DNA of 64,000 nt from Octopus bimaculoides (taxonomy: Eukaryota): NCBI RefSeq assembly GCF_001194135.2, contig NC_068981.1, forward strand, positions 149,458,650-149,522,649, given 5' to 3'. A program made the position numbers and the translations under genes. Position 1 is the first letter of the stretch; each line of letters starts with the position of its first letter. Shown piece by piece: positions 37,247 to 49,633 of the stretch. Below the pieces are notes generated by a model. The model saw only the letters and a list, made by a program, of their open reading frames with translations. It was not told where the DNA came from and searched no databases.

Positions 37247-38724
37247 TACACTTGGATCTACATAATTTCAAACTATGAAAGTATTCCCTTTTGTATTGAT
37301 ATCTGGGCAAAACATTCCAGTGTTTGTTTTTAAGCACCAGCACTTTTGGAAATATCTTATCCAAAATACATTTCTCAGATTACTTGCATATTTTCCCCAA
37401 TCCAGGATATATATTTAATTTTCTTGATATTGTAACAACTTAAAATTTAACTTTCTTTCATGCTATTCTAATTAAATACCCACCTTTTTATTCCATCGAA
37501 GAGGGATAGTTGTTTCACATTTTCTCAATTCTATATACAATATATTCTGGTAATTTTGATAGACTTCGGTGAGGTTCTACTTACGCTATCCGGGAAGAAC
37601 ATGGTTTCCATAGATACTGCCATGAATAAAGAGTCAGAAAGGTTATTTCATCTTTTCTTTCTTAGGTGTACTTCTGTGTAAAAGATCCCTTGAAAATTCT
37701 GCTTTTGTTTCGTTAATATTTCCTCTAGATCTTTGTTTATCCATATCGTGGGGATGTACTTCCGTCCATCGATATTTATTGATTTTGTTGCATTGAGTTT
37801 AGCTATTATTTATTGTTTCTTTCTATTAGGCTTCCTTTACTCTTGACACTGCTTATTCAGGTTGAAAGCTGTGTATATGAATGCTGTTTACTATCTGCGT
37901 TTGAGAGTATATTTGTGGTTCAGTATTTACACACTTATTTCAATAGAGTCTTGTGCAGTTTTCATCTTTTCGATATTCGTTACTTCTCTGTCGTTTCTTT
38001 TATAAAATTACTTCTCTTCTTATGGGTGTGGCAGTTTCTGTTGTGTTATTTGAAATGTGTTGTGAGGGCTCGCATGTTTTATGTATTTTGGAGTTTGCTT
38101 CGCTACTTCTGTTGCTTTATAAAACCTTATCTCTTTGCGTGTGGTTGGTTCTTTTGCATATTTTCAATGTATGTTGTTTGTGTAAGGTGTGAGTTGTTCT
38201 TTTACTATTTCTGATATCTCTTCATTGTTTATTACAAATCGCTGTACACTGGGTAATATACATGAGTTTAGTATTGTCTTGTATCTTGGTTTTACTTTCA
38301 CCTTTATGGTGCTAGTGTGTAATGGTATGGTATAACTGTGTAATATGCATGTGCAATTTCTAAGTGTTATTTATCGTTCCCTTGTTTCCTCTGTTTTATT
38401 TTGATGGACGTTTTCAATAGAAAGTTAGTTATTTTTGTTAGAGATAACCGTTTGAGAAATTCCCGCTCTTGAAACTTTTGCTGCATGTGCTTCATAATGT
38501 GATTGCGTTTAATATATTAAACTTATGATACAGAATTCCTCATAAATCCTGAACCATAGGATATTGTTTTTATTGATGTCTGTATAACTGACTGTGTTTG
38601 ATACTATTTTGCATAAAGTTAGTTTCGTCTTAAATTCTTTCTATTTGTTCTCCTTGAGTGTCGTTGTTCAGTTCTTTCTATCCTGTGACCACATGCTGCT
38701 ATTTGTTATTATAAACATTATATA

Positions 38725-38940
38725 GGAGGCGAGTTGACAGAATCGTTACAGCGTCTGAAAGAATGATTTATGATATTTGTCCCAACTCTTTACATACTGA
38801 GTTCAATTTTCACAGAGGTTAACGTTACCTTTCATCCTTTCAGTGTCTATTAAATAAAGAACCAGCCAAGTACTGTAGTCGATGGAATTAACCAACCCCT
38901 TCCCTCAAAATTGTTGGTTTTGTGCCTTAATTTTGAAACC
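38725..38940 (+). mobile_element. SINE family A, older subfamily with alternative tail
   Basis: Same head and core as 5407, but with tail cccttccctcaaaattgttggttttgtgcc...tttgaaacc. Confidence 0.8.
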
Positions 38941-39046
38941 GTTATAAACAATATTTGTGCAAAATCAAGAGAGTAAAAACATAAAACATGCATTAGTGTG
39001 CATTGTGCGTTCGATTAAAAGATTTGTGTACACCGTTTATCTTTCA

Positions 39047-39490
39047 TCTTTTATGTTTTACTTGTTTCAGTCATTGGACTGTGGCCATGCTGAGATTTGG
39101 TCGAAAAAATCAACCGCAGTACTCATCTTTTACGACTGGTATTTACACTAGCGATCTGTTTCGCCAAATCGCTAGGTTACAGTGATGTAAAGAAACCAAC
39201 GCCGGTTGTCAAGGGATGTTGAGTAACAAACACAAATTAAAGCATACGCACATATACATATTTGCACACTCACTATTTTTCTCTCTCACAAACACACACA
39301 CACACACGCACCCCCCACACAGGCACACACACAACCACATACATACATACACACATATATAGGACGGACCCCCACACAGTTTCTATTTACCAAAATCACT
39401 TATATGGTATTGGCCGGTCCGGTGATATAGTAGAAGACACATGTCTAAGGTACCGCACAGTGTGCCTGGACTTGAAAACACTTGGCAGCA
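39047..39490 (-). mobile_element. SINE family B, near complete, with internal (CA)n tract
   Basis: 3' part 39047-39230, microsatellite, then 5' part 39360-39490 (atagtagaagacac...), homologous to 48283-48575. Confidence 0.8.
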
Positions 39491-41274
39491 AATAAAATCC
39501 CAGAGTTTCTTAAAGAATACAGCCAGGCCTGTACCCATAATGTTAATATTTACTTTTGGATTATGTTCTTTTTTCTTTTTGTGGGGAGAAGGTGGTGCAT
39601 TTCCTTTTATTTGAGCAGCGTGTCCCATGAATCTCTTTGATTTTCAGACATTCCTCAGCTCCTACTGTTATCTTTCATTCTATAGATTCAATGTTGCCAT
39701 TCAGCTTATAGTTCTATATCCAAAGCTGAATGAAAACAGTGTAACAATTATTATCCTCATTAACATTATTGTATTTCAGGATTCTTATATATAGGTCATG
39801 CTTTTATTACACTTCCAAGATACACCTAGTGTAGACCATGGGTAATGAGGAATTGGAGTTCTTTCTCGGACATCGTTGAAAACCTTTATATAGAGGTTCC
39901 TATGGAGTTTTGCATAGAGTTGATGAAAATATACCGAGATGGCAATGCTGCTAGGTGTTATATCTTCTTGTCACATGAAGTACAGACATAGTCGTTGGAA
40001 TACTAAGACACTAAAATTTATTACAGCAGCTGAAATTGTTCTTTGCTATTTTCTTTTCTTTTCATGACCCATATGCCATCAAGTCTACATTAAAACGCTG
40101 CTCAGTATCAGCTTTTATGTGAAAAAAGGTTTGATAATATATTTGTGTATGTCGCATTTTGCCGACATATTACAATGGATGACATCTAAAACTCAGATAT
40201 TTCCCTGTCTAACAAACACCTTGGCCTCTTCTTCAGTATATTTAAGAGGTAGATGAAGCTGAAGAATGAAGTTCTGCTTTCGTATATATTTCATGAAACG
40301 TGATTAAGAGTGTATGAGTAGGCAGACATTCAAGTTTTAATTACAAATTTCCAGCAAATTTTCAAATTTTCATTAGATTTGGCAATTTAATGAAGGAAGT
40401 CTACTTGTGTTCTGATGTACTCTTTGTGGCTATGTTGTCTCAGAGATAGTATTAAATTTTGTGTTTATATTTATATCGTAATTAGGCAAGTGAAATTTTA
40501 TTATTCAGGTTTATCATCGCACCATTAAATGTACTTTACATTCAAGCAGTGTGTATGTAGGTAATTGATTTTGGATGACTTGAAAGATTTGTATGCTAAA
40601 TCAAATTTTATGTATACTAAGATTACTTTTTTTAATTGTTACTTGGTATTGCACTAGTTAACTGTGGACGCTTTCATAGAATTGGAAGGTGTCTATGTAA
40701 ATATGTGCTGCAGTTTTATTGATCTGAATGTGTCTTGTGTAGTATTTCAGCAATAATTTGTGGTACTATAGTTTGAATATGTCAATATGGTGTTTTCATT
40801 TCGTTCATGTTATATTCTAATGTAACCGGTGCACCATTGAATATCTTAATCAATTTTGCTCCCATAGGCTATATTTAGATTATTTTAATACACTTGCCTT
40901 TTGCGAGTTCTTTGATAATCGTAGAAACAATATTTTGGTTAAAAGTGATCAAGGTCTCCTACAGAGGTGTTATAACTGAGTTTGATGCTCTTAGAGTACC
41001 AATTTGCTTTAGTTGTCAACAGAGACAGAAACTTCAATATTATCTTAGTCATGGAATCCCAATTTACGAGATTTTGCATTTGCCAAATCTGAGAGAATAA
41101 AAATCTGTGGGCCTTGGATTTAGGATAAAAGATACGCAATAGCATATTGCAAGGTATATATTTTGTCATCCCCTTTTATGATTCAGCCGATTCATTAACC
41201 TTAATAATAACTACTACTAGGTAGGTCAGTGTAGTAAAAAAGACGAGAATTTAATTACGAGAATGCATATCTTT

Positions 41275-41500
41275 TTTCTTTTATGTTTTACTTGTTCAAG
41301 TAGTTAAACTGCGGTCCTGCTAGGGTAATGCCGTGAAGAATTTTTAGTCGAATGAATCGACCTCAAGTACTTATATTTTTGAAGAATGCTACTTATTCTA
41401 CCGGTTCCTTTTGCCTAATCGCTTGGTTACTGGGACGTAAACACATCAACATCGGTCGACAAGTAGTGGTGGGGGACAAACACAGACACAAAAGTACACA
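41275..41500 (-). mobile_element. SINE family B 3' part
   Basis: ttttacttgtt...ctgcgg...aatcgacc...gggacgtaaacac...gggggacaaacacagacac. Confidence 0.8.
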
Positions 41501-42078
41501 CACATGCGCACCCACTTCCACACACAAACACACACACATACACACACACACACACACACAGAGTCAATTTCTTTATTAACCATGNNNNNNNNNNNNNNNN
41601 NNNNNNNNNNNNNNNNNNNNNNNNNNNNNNNNNNNNNNNNNNNNNNNNNNNNNNNNNNNNNNNNNNNNNNNNNNNNNNNNNNNNNNNNNNNNNNNNNNNN
41701 NNNNNNNNNNNNNNNNNNNNNNNNNNNNNNNNNNNNNNNNNNNNNNNNNNNNNNNNNNNNNNNNNNNNNNNNNNNNNNNNNNNNNNNNNNNNNNNNNNNN
41801 NNNNNNNNNNNNNNNNNNNNNNNNNNNNNNNNNNNNNNNNNNNNNNNNNNNNNNNNNNNNNNNNNNNNNNNNNNNNNNNNNNNNNNNNNNNNNNNNNNNN
41901 NNNNNNNNNNNNNNNNNNNNNNNNNNNNNNNNNNNNNNNNNNNNNNNNNNNNNNNNNNNNNNNNNNNNNNNNNNNNNNNNNNNNNNNNNNNNNNNNNNNN
42001 NNNNNNNNNNNNNNNNNNNNNNNNNNNNNNNNNNNNNNNNNNNNNNNNNNNNNNNNNNNNNNNNNNNNNNNNNNNNNN

Positions 42079-42111
<33 letters not shown>

Positions 42112-42854
42112 TTAGGACATCTGTATATTATGGGTACAAGTTCGGTCAAGGTTGACTTTTCCTTTCATCCTTTCGGGGTCAATATATTCGTTAATCCTCT
42201 TTCAGTGTTTAAAGCCGCGTACCAATAGTAGGAAAAACCTCCCAAATATTCCAGACTGAAAGGATATGATCATTTAGTTTCGAGGTGAGTTCATATTGGC
42301 GAAAATAATGTTATGTCGTTTCCATCGCTATTTGCAGCTCTTATGCTTATTCCATGAATTGCTATTCTCTACCTACTAGAGTTAATAGAGTTGACTAGAT
42401 GTTGCTCTGTACATCTAATTATAAAAGGTCAAACAATTGATCCTAATTAATGCATTTCGAGGCTGGAATAAATAAATATTTGTTCATATTTTATATGATT
42501 TCACACCATTTCAATCCAAGTTCAAAACCTAATGTATCGACTATTTATATTTATCGACCTGCAATCGATAAAATATGACATATTAAAATAAACATAATTG
42601 GGTCGATTCAATAAGATGTATGACTCAAGCAAGCAAACAAACAGGCGGACAAACAAACAAACAAACAAACAAACAAGAACAACAACAAAACAACAGAAAA
42701 ATTGTCTGGCACTCAGTCAAGAAATCAATAATGAAATCAATATTCTCATTTGTTTCATTTTTCTTCTTTCTATACTGTTTATTCCTCAGTTCCCAACTAT
42801 ATCATGCATCCAGGAGACATGTGTCCAATAATATGTATATATTATATGCACACA

Positions 42855-42896
<42 letters not shown>

Positions 42897-43189
42897 GATA
42901 AGCCAGCTGGAGGAGATGTCCTCCTGGGGCTAAAAGCAACAGTAACATCCACCCCTAGGGGTCAGCCACACTTAAGTGGCAATATACTACACTTTATCGT
43001 GCAGTTACTGTTAATACTTCATTTAGAGAATTAACATTGCTATATATATATATATATANNNNNNNNNNNNNNNNNNNNNNNNNNNNNNNNNNNNNNNNNN
43101 NNNNNNNNNNNNNNNNNNNNNNNNNNNNNNNNNNNNNNNNNNNNNNNNNNNNNNNNNNNNNNNNNNNNNNNNNNNNNNNNNNNNNNNNN

Positions 43190-43276
43190 GTGTATATATA
43201 TATATGTGTGTGAGTGTATATATACATTTATGTATATACATATACACATAGAGACACACACACATATACATATATA

Positions 43277-43318
<42 letters not shown>

Positions 43319-43415
43319 TACACATACGTTTCTCTAATTTGCATACATATATGTATGTAGGTGTGTATATATGTATATCTATGTACCTCTCTGTCTCTCT
43401 CTGTCTCTCTCTGTC

Positions 43416-43504
<89 letters not shown>

Positions 43505-43545
43505 ATATATATATGTATGTATATATATACACACACACACACACA
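43190..43545. repeat. Compound TA/CT/CA microsatellite block
   Basis: Directly visible. Confidence 0.9.
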
Positions 43546-44169
43546 TTAGAAAAACGAAACGATATTTATAAATATTTGTAGAATTTGAAAATAAAATAAT
43601 TTATTTATTAGAAGTTTCACCATTCCTGTTGTATAATGTTAATTATATTCTATTCATAAACTTAGGTTAACAGCCTATGTATAGCTATTGGATAGGATAC
43701 GTCTATCAGAAAACACGCCAGAGCAAAGTAAATCACCATTAAGGAGGAAAATTATGCTTGATTAAAGAGATAAATATTTATTTGGAAGGAAATAATAAGT
43801 GTTTCTTCACAGATCGTTGGCAGACGACCAGTAAATATGGAATCTTAATAGGGTATGTAAAAACAGCGAGGCAAATGGATGTCAGTGGCACAATGAACAT
43901 CGTAACGTAGGAAATTATAAAGATACATACAATCACACATGGACGTGATATAATGTATCTCTGTGTGTTTGATTGTGTGTGAGTGTATGTGTGCGTGCGT
44001 GTTTGTGTGCGTGTGCGTGAGTGTGAGCTTGTATGTGAGGGTGTGTAAGTTGGCACGACTACAAACACAAATAATACATCCAGAGGCATATTTGCTCTTA
44101 AATATATGCACGGAATTGTCCCGTTATTGTTCTTAAATTTGTTTTAAAATGGTAATCACAATATAACAT

Positions 44170-44301
44170 ATCACACACATACATACGCACACACACATAC
44201 ACGCACACCCGCACATACAAACACACACACGCACGCATCTATATATACATACACATATATATATATGTATATGTTTAAGTGCGTATATATATACCCTCCT
44301 G

Positions 44302-44351
<50 letters not shown>

Positions 44352-44360
44352 CACACACAC

Positions 44361-44455
<95 letters not shown>

Positions 44456-44650
44456 CATACATATATATATATGTATATATATAAATACATATATATATAT
44501 ATACATACATATATATATATACATACATACATATATATGTATATATATATAGAGGGAGAGAGAGAGGGAGAGGGATAGATAGCTATGTAGATAGATAGTT
44601 ACAAACGTAAACAAGTACGCGCATATACACACACATATATGTTGTGTGTG
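44170..44650. repeat. Long compound (CA)/(TA) microsatellite block
   Basis: Directly visible; source of the YIYI ORFs. Confidence 0.95.
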
Positions 44651-45057
44651 TATATATGTTGTTTCTAGTGAATATTTTATTTCTATTTCAAACTCTTTTG
44701 TATTTTCTATTTGAGCATCTTGCATATTACAGAAAGGTATTGTGTATTTAGCATATGCATTCAATTTAGTTAGACATTTCTTTCTATAATTATAGCATAC
44801 GGGAAACTTTAGTGCAATCTATGGCATTCTATTATATGAAAATTCTGTGTTGTATAAGCTTGATTGTATATACCTGAGTACGTGTATGATTATTTCGCCA
44901 ATGTAGACATCAGTGCGTGAGTCCGTGAGTGCGTGTGTAAATGAAGATATTTATTGAATGTTTATGCATTTGGACACATACACGCGCAGACACATACACG
45001 CGCAGACACATACACGCGCAGACACATACACACACGTATATATGTACGTATACATGA

Positions 45058-45110
<53 letters not shown>

Positions 45111-45241
45111 CATATTGTTATTTAAAACAGTTAGCTGAATTCGGTTAACTGAGCCCGGGGAGCTAGGTTTCTCTTGGCACTCTGCAAAACTTTAAGTTGC
45201 ATGGTGCCAAACCAAATTATTTTAAACAATAGAATATGTAA

Positions 45242-45477
45242 GGCAGCGAGCTGGCAGAAACGTTAGCACACCGGGCGGAGTATTTCGTCTGCCGGTATTT
45301 CGTCTGCCGTTATGTTCTGAGTACAAATTCTGCCGAAGTCGACTTTGCCTTTCATCTTTCGGGGGTCGATAAATTAAGTACCAGTTACGTACTGGGGTCC
45401 ATGTAATCGACTTAATCCCTTTGTCTGTCCTTGCTTGTCCCCTCTATGTTTAGCCCCTTGTGGGCAAGAAAGAATTA
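45242..45477 (+). mobile_element. SINE family A, young copy
   Basis: 11-bp TSD agaatatgtaa at 45231-45241 and 45478-45488. Internal duplication of gtatttcgtctgccg. Confidence 0.93.
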
Positions 45478-45544
45478 AGAATATGTAACACCTAATAAAT
45501 GGTTTGAGTGCCTCTTTCTTTCGTTTGTACACTCACCACTACAT

Positions 45545-45577
<33 letters not shown>

Positions 45578-45638
45578 TATATATATATATGTATGTGTAT
45601 GTATGTATGTATATATATATATATATGCATTTATAAAT

Positions 45639-45669
<31 letters not shown>

Positions 45670-45804
45670 AATGCACACATCACGCACACACCAACACACA
45701 TACATGCACGCCCGCATGCACGCACACACAAATGCACACACACACACACACACATACACACACACACACACACACACTCGTACACTCACATAGACTCACA
45801 CACA

Positions 45805-45905
45805 GTGCCATATATAACGGGACTCTGTTTCCGTCTAACAAATCTACCCACAAAGCTTCGGTCGGCCCGAAGCTATAGTAAAGGACACTTACCCAAGAAA
45901 CACAC
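45805..45905 (-). mobile_element. SINE family B 5' part
   Basis: gtttccgtcta..aaatc..cccacaaagctt.ggtcggcccga.gctatagta, homologous to 48500-48575. Confidence 0.8.
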
Positions 45906-46369
45906 AATAGAAATTTACTATGTGATTGAAAGCCAGCTTCTTACCGTACTGCCTCGCCCATATGTACGTTTATACACACGCACACACACACACATTATCG
46001 AGCGCACAACCTGTTTTGCTTATTCACCGGTTGGCTGTGGTACAGAGTTTGAGGGACGACTTCGTTAACCAGTGACAAATCGATTCGTCAGTCTGCTTTT
46101 ACTTCGTTATTGAATCTAATCTTATATAACGTCGCTGTGGCATACGAACAAATAGTCTTGCGCTATTTATATATAATCATAGACTGTCAGTTCGATTAGT
46201 CACCGGTTCACGTCAAGAAACGCGATGTTGATAAGCCAAAAAATTCGTGAATTCGATCGGAAGCGAGATGTCTCACCTATCTATGACTTGTAGGTCTTTT
46301 AACACCCAGCGTTACGAGGGAATCAAACTGGGAACAAACAAAAGGCTGTGGATAGACCTCAAAATTGAT

Positions 46370-46665
46370 TCTCTCTTTAGAGTTACTTGCCGCGATGTAG
46401 GTTCGTCTGAGACCTTGGAGAGCAAAAAGTCAAGTTGTTGCTTGAAAACCAAGTTATTCAAATACATGGCCATTACTCTAGACAGGATAAGTGGGACCTT
46501 TGGAACAATGCAGTGACGGCCATTTCAGGGGCTGGTAGAAATCTCGATGACAAAGTTTGGTACCAACCTCCCCAGGATCTTCTATAGGTTTATCACAGCA
46601 TATCTCTCGCGTCTTCGTTCAAGGGCTTACACTTTCAGCCTGCCCCAGTAGCTCAGCTGTTCCAA
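46370..46665 (-). mobile_element. CR1/L2-type LINE 3' coding fragment
   Basis: LSYWGRLK...ALERRRERYAVI...KILGG.VPNF...NGRHCIVPKVP...KVSDEP is the typical C-terminus of CR1/L2 ORF2. Confidence 0.85.
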
Positions 46666-46668
46666 TGA

Positions 46669-46727
<59 letters not shown>

Positions 46728-46730
<3 letters not shown>

Positions 46731-46915
46731 TGTTTGTGTGTCTGTGTTTGTCCCCCAGCATCGCTTCACAATCGATGCTGGTATGTTTACGTCCTCGTAA
46801 CATAGCAGTTTGGCAAAAGAGGCCGATATAATAAGTACTGGGGTCGATTTGTTCGACTAAAGGTGGTGCTCCAGCATTGCCAGTCAAATTACTGAAACAA
46901 ATAGAAAAATAAAAG
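46728..46915 (+). mobile_element. SINE family B 3' part
   Basis: tgtctgtgtttgtccccc...gatgctggt.tgtttacgtc...ggggtcgatttg.tcgactaaagg.ggtgctccagca...actgaaacaa. Confidence 0.85.
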
Positions 46916-47351
46916 AATAGAATTTTTTTTTGAGGTTTGGAAATGCACTTGAATTTGAAAAAAACGTGTAGGTGTTTTTAAATAGATTTATTCACATACA
47001 TACCAAACTAGTTTCAACAAATTTTTGTTTATCAATGGTAGAAATATATATAAAACAAGAACATTTTAACTGAGTTTAAAATTATAAATATGTTTAAACG
47101 ATCGAATGATCAGATGTGCACTTAAAATTCAATGAGTTTCACAGGGATAAATAATATCAAAGTAAATGTTCGGCGAAGAATATAACAAATGTACATTATT
47201 GACAGTTCGGTCATATTGAGTTTTTATAGAATACGTAGACAAGAAAGAATAGAAAAAGATAAGAGAGTATGAAAATGTCTTTTACGATTTCTATCGTTGT
47301 GCGTGTAGCTTTTTCTTTTTTCCTTCGCGTACTGATCCCTGTATACATATT

Positions 47352-48195
47352 CGAGGTGTATGCCAGAAATTTTGAGACATTTTTAGGAGAAGTAGTTATA
47401 GCTGTCTTAGATTAGTGTAACTTAAGTCAATGCATTTATTAATCTGACGTGTTAACTTCTCTCATTCTAGATTGAAGAAGACGGCAGTAACTGCACATTG
47501 AATACATCCTACAAAACACTGAATGTCACAGCTGGCTAGTTTGCAGAATGTAGTCAGGAGGTGAAGACAGTTTGGAAGCTCACAGTGCAATAAAGGTTTG
47601 TGTTAAATTCGGTAAAAATGCTCCAGAAACATATGAAATGTTCCAGATTGCTTATGCAATAAAAGGCCAGGAAAAGCAAATCCACCGGAAACTCAAGATG
47701 ATCTTTTTCTATAGCAAGGGCATAATCTATATCCACTAGTTACCTTCTGACCAGATCACCAACCAAGTACCTTCGTCAGTACCTCCATTTTGTGGAGGTA
47801 CTGAGGAAAATCAAGTAGAGATTTCGTTGCAATAGGCCAAGGTACCTGCACCAGAAGATGCACCAGTCCACAGTTCTATCCTGGTAACCAACTACTTGAC
47901 AGAAATGGGTATCTAAACTGTCGGTCACTCTCCTCACAGTCCAGATCTTGCACCCCGTGACTTTTGACTATTCACCAAACTAAAGGGAAAAATGAAGGAG
48001 GCTGTTACAAGGTTGGTTCCAGCTGGACACCTTCACTTTAAAGAACTTAGATGGAGCCTTCGCGTAGTGAGTGGAGCCTTACAAGTGAATCGAAGTCAGA
48101 TGATCCTACATTGAAGGAGATTAAAGTTTTTTTATTTCTTTGAAATTAATGAATGTTTCACCTGTAAAAGTCTGAAAACCTCTGGAATGCACACC

Positions 48196-48198
<3 letters not shown>
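47352..48198 (+). mobile_element. Internally deleted mariner with both TIRs
   Basis: Ends cgaggtgtatgccagaaattttgagac and gtctgaaaacctctggaatgcacacc. Internal AIKVCVKFGKNAPETYEMFQIAY and FFYSKGII...DAPVHSS..VTNYLTEMGI..V.HSPHSPDLAPRDF*LFTKLK. Confidence 0.9.

Positions 48199-48244
<46 letters not shown>
48197..48244. repeat. (ATCT)n
   Basis: Directly visible. Confidence 0.9.
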
Positions 48245-48282
48245 CACACACGAACACACGTACACACGCACACACACATATC

Positions 48283-48575
48283 TCTTTTATTTGTTTCAGT
48301 AATTTACTGCGGCCATGCTGGAGCACCGCCTTTAGTCGAGCAAATCGACCCCGGGACATATTCTTTGTAAGCCTAGTACTTATTCTATCGATCTCTTTTG
48401 CCGAACCGCTAAGTTACAGGGACATAAACACACCAGCATCGGTTGTCAAGCAATGCTAGGGGGACAAACACACACACATATACATATATATATACATATA
48501 TACGACGGGCTTCTTTCAGTTTCCGTCTACCAAATCCACTCACAAGGCTTTGGTCGGCCCGAGGCTATAGTAGAA
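48283..48575 (-). mobile_element. SINE family B, young copy with internal CA/TA microsatellite, truncated by gap
   Basis: Well-preserved 3' and 5' modules separated by acacacacatatacatatatatac. Confidence 0.88.
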
Positions 48576-49484
48576 NNNNNNNNNNNNNNNNNNNNNNNNN
48601 NNNNNNNNNNNNNNNNNNNNNNNNNNNNNNNNNNNNNNNNNNNNNNNNNNNNNNNNNNNNNNNNNNNNNNNNNNNNNNNNNNNNNNNNNNNNNNNNNNNN
48701 NNNNNNNNNNNNNNNNNNNNNNNNNNNNNNNNNNNNNNNNNNNNNNNNNNNNNNNNNNNNNATATATATATATATATATATATATAGCTATGTATACATA
48801 CGTGCATAAATAAACTTTTATATGCATATACCTGTGTACATACACATATTTTATGTTAGTTGTATTTATTCTTCTATTCAAAAATATTTCCTCACAAATC
48901 CGCGAAATGCAAATGTACTCACTCTCCAACATATGCATAAAGTTATCCCGTTATGCAATTATAGTCAAGACCGACAATGTTAATTTATAACATTACCACG
49001 TGACCTTATGTTCAGGTTGTTTGCTTGTTACTGGAATTTGACTCCAAATAGCCTAACGGCAATGGATAGCATTCTTAGAATTTTGTAACTCAGGTCAACT
49101 TGCCCTCTATAACTGCAACAAGAAATAAGATTAAGTAAAAAGCGAAAAGCAAAATATTTAAAGATATTAATTTTATCGATTATCAAAATTAGTCTTCAAC
49201 TTTGGAGATATTCCTTGATACTTCAGTTCATTTCTCTATGATGTTTACTAATATTCCTTCTTTCAACTCCAGCAACGTATATTGTCATTACGTCAATTAA
49301 TGTTTAATATGGGCAAAGTTTTGTTTATGAAGTTAAAAGTTCACCTAGTCGACATATGGTTTCGGTTTCAATACCATTGCATGGAACTTTCAAAGTATTT
49401 ACCAAAGATTTGCGTCGAGCAAAAGATTGTGAATGAAATTTGAAAGGCAAAATCTATTTCAAAGCCTGATAGAAAGACGATTAC

Positions 49485-49633
49485 CTTTTTCTCGAGTGCT
49501 AGAATTAATCCGTTGTCTGTTTTAATACCACCACATGTCTGAATCTGGCTGAATCTACTCTTTATCAAGTATTTGAGCCATCTCTCTGATCTGAGAATAA
49601 TTTTATTCCTTCCTCCTAACAGTTTCAGTGACC
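49485..49633 (-). CDS. Candidate exon (SLKLLGGRNKIILRSERWLKYLIKSRFSQIQTCGGIKTDNGLILALEKK)
   Basis: Acceptor tctttatttcag, donor aaaaag|gtaatc, one open frame. No homology recognised. Confidence 0.2.

Noticed and set aside
37260-38700. Strand-skewed (T/G-rich) stretch, possibly a decayed retroelement; similar stretches at 25560-26030 and 52050-53050
   Set aside because: No diagnostic motif could be read with confidence, so it is left unclassified pending a TE-protein search.
39760-41180. 1.4 kb of non-microsatellite DNA with short open frames
   Set aside because: Every frame is interrupted and no family motif was recognised.
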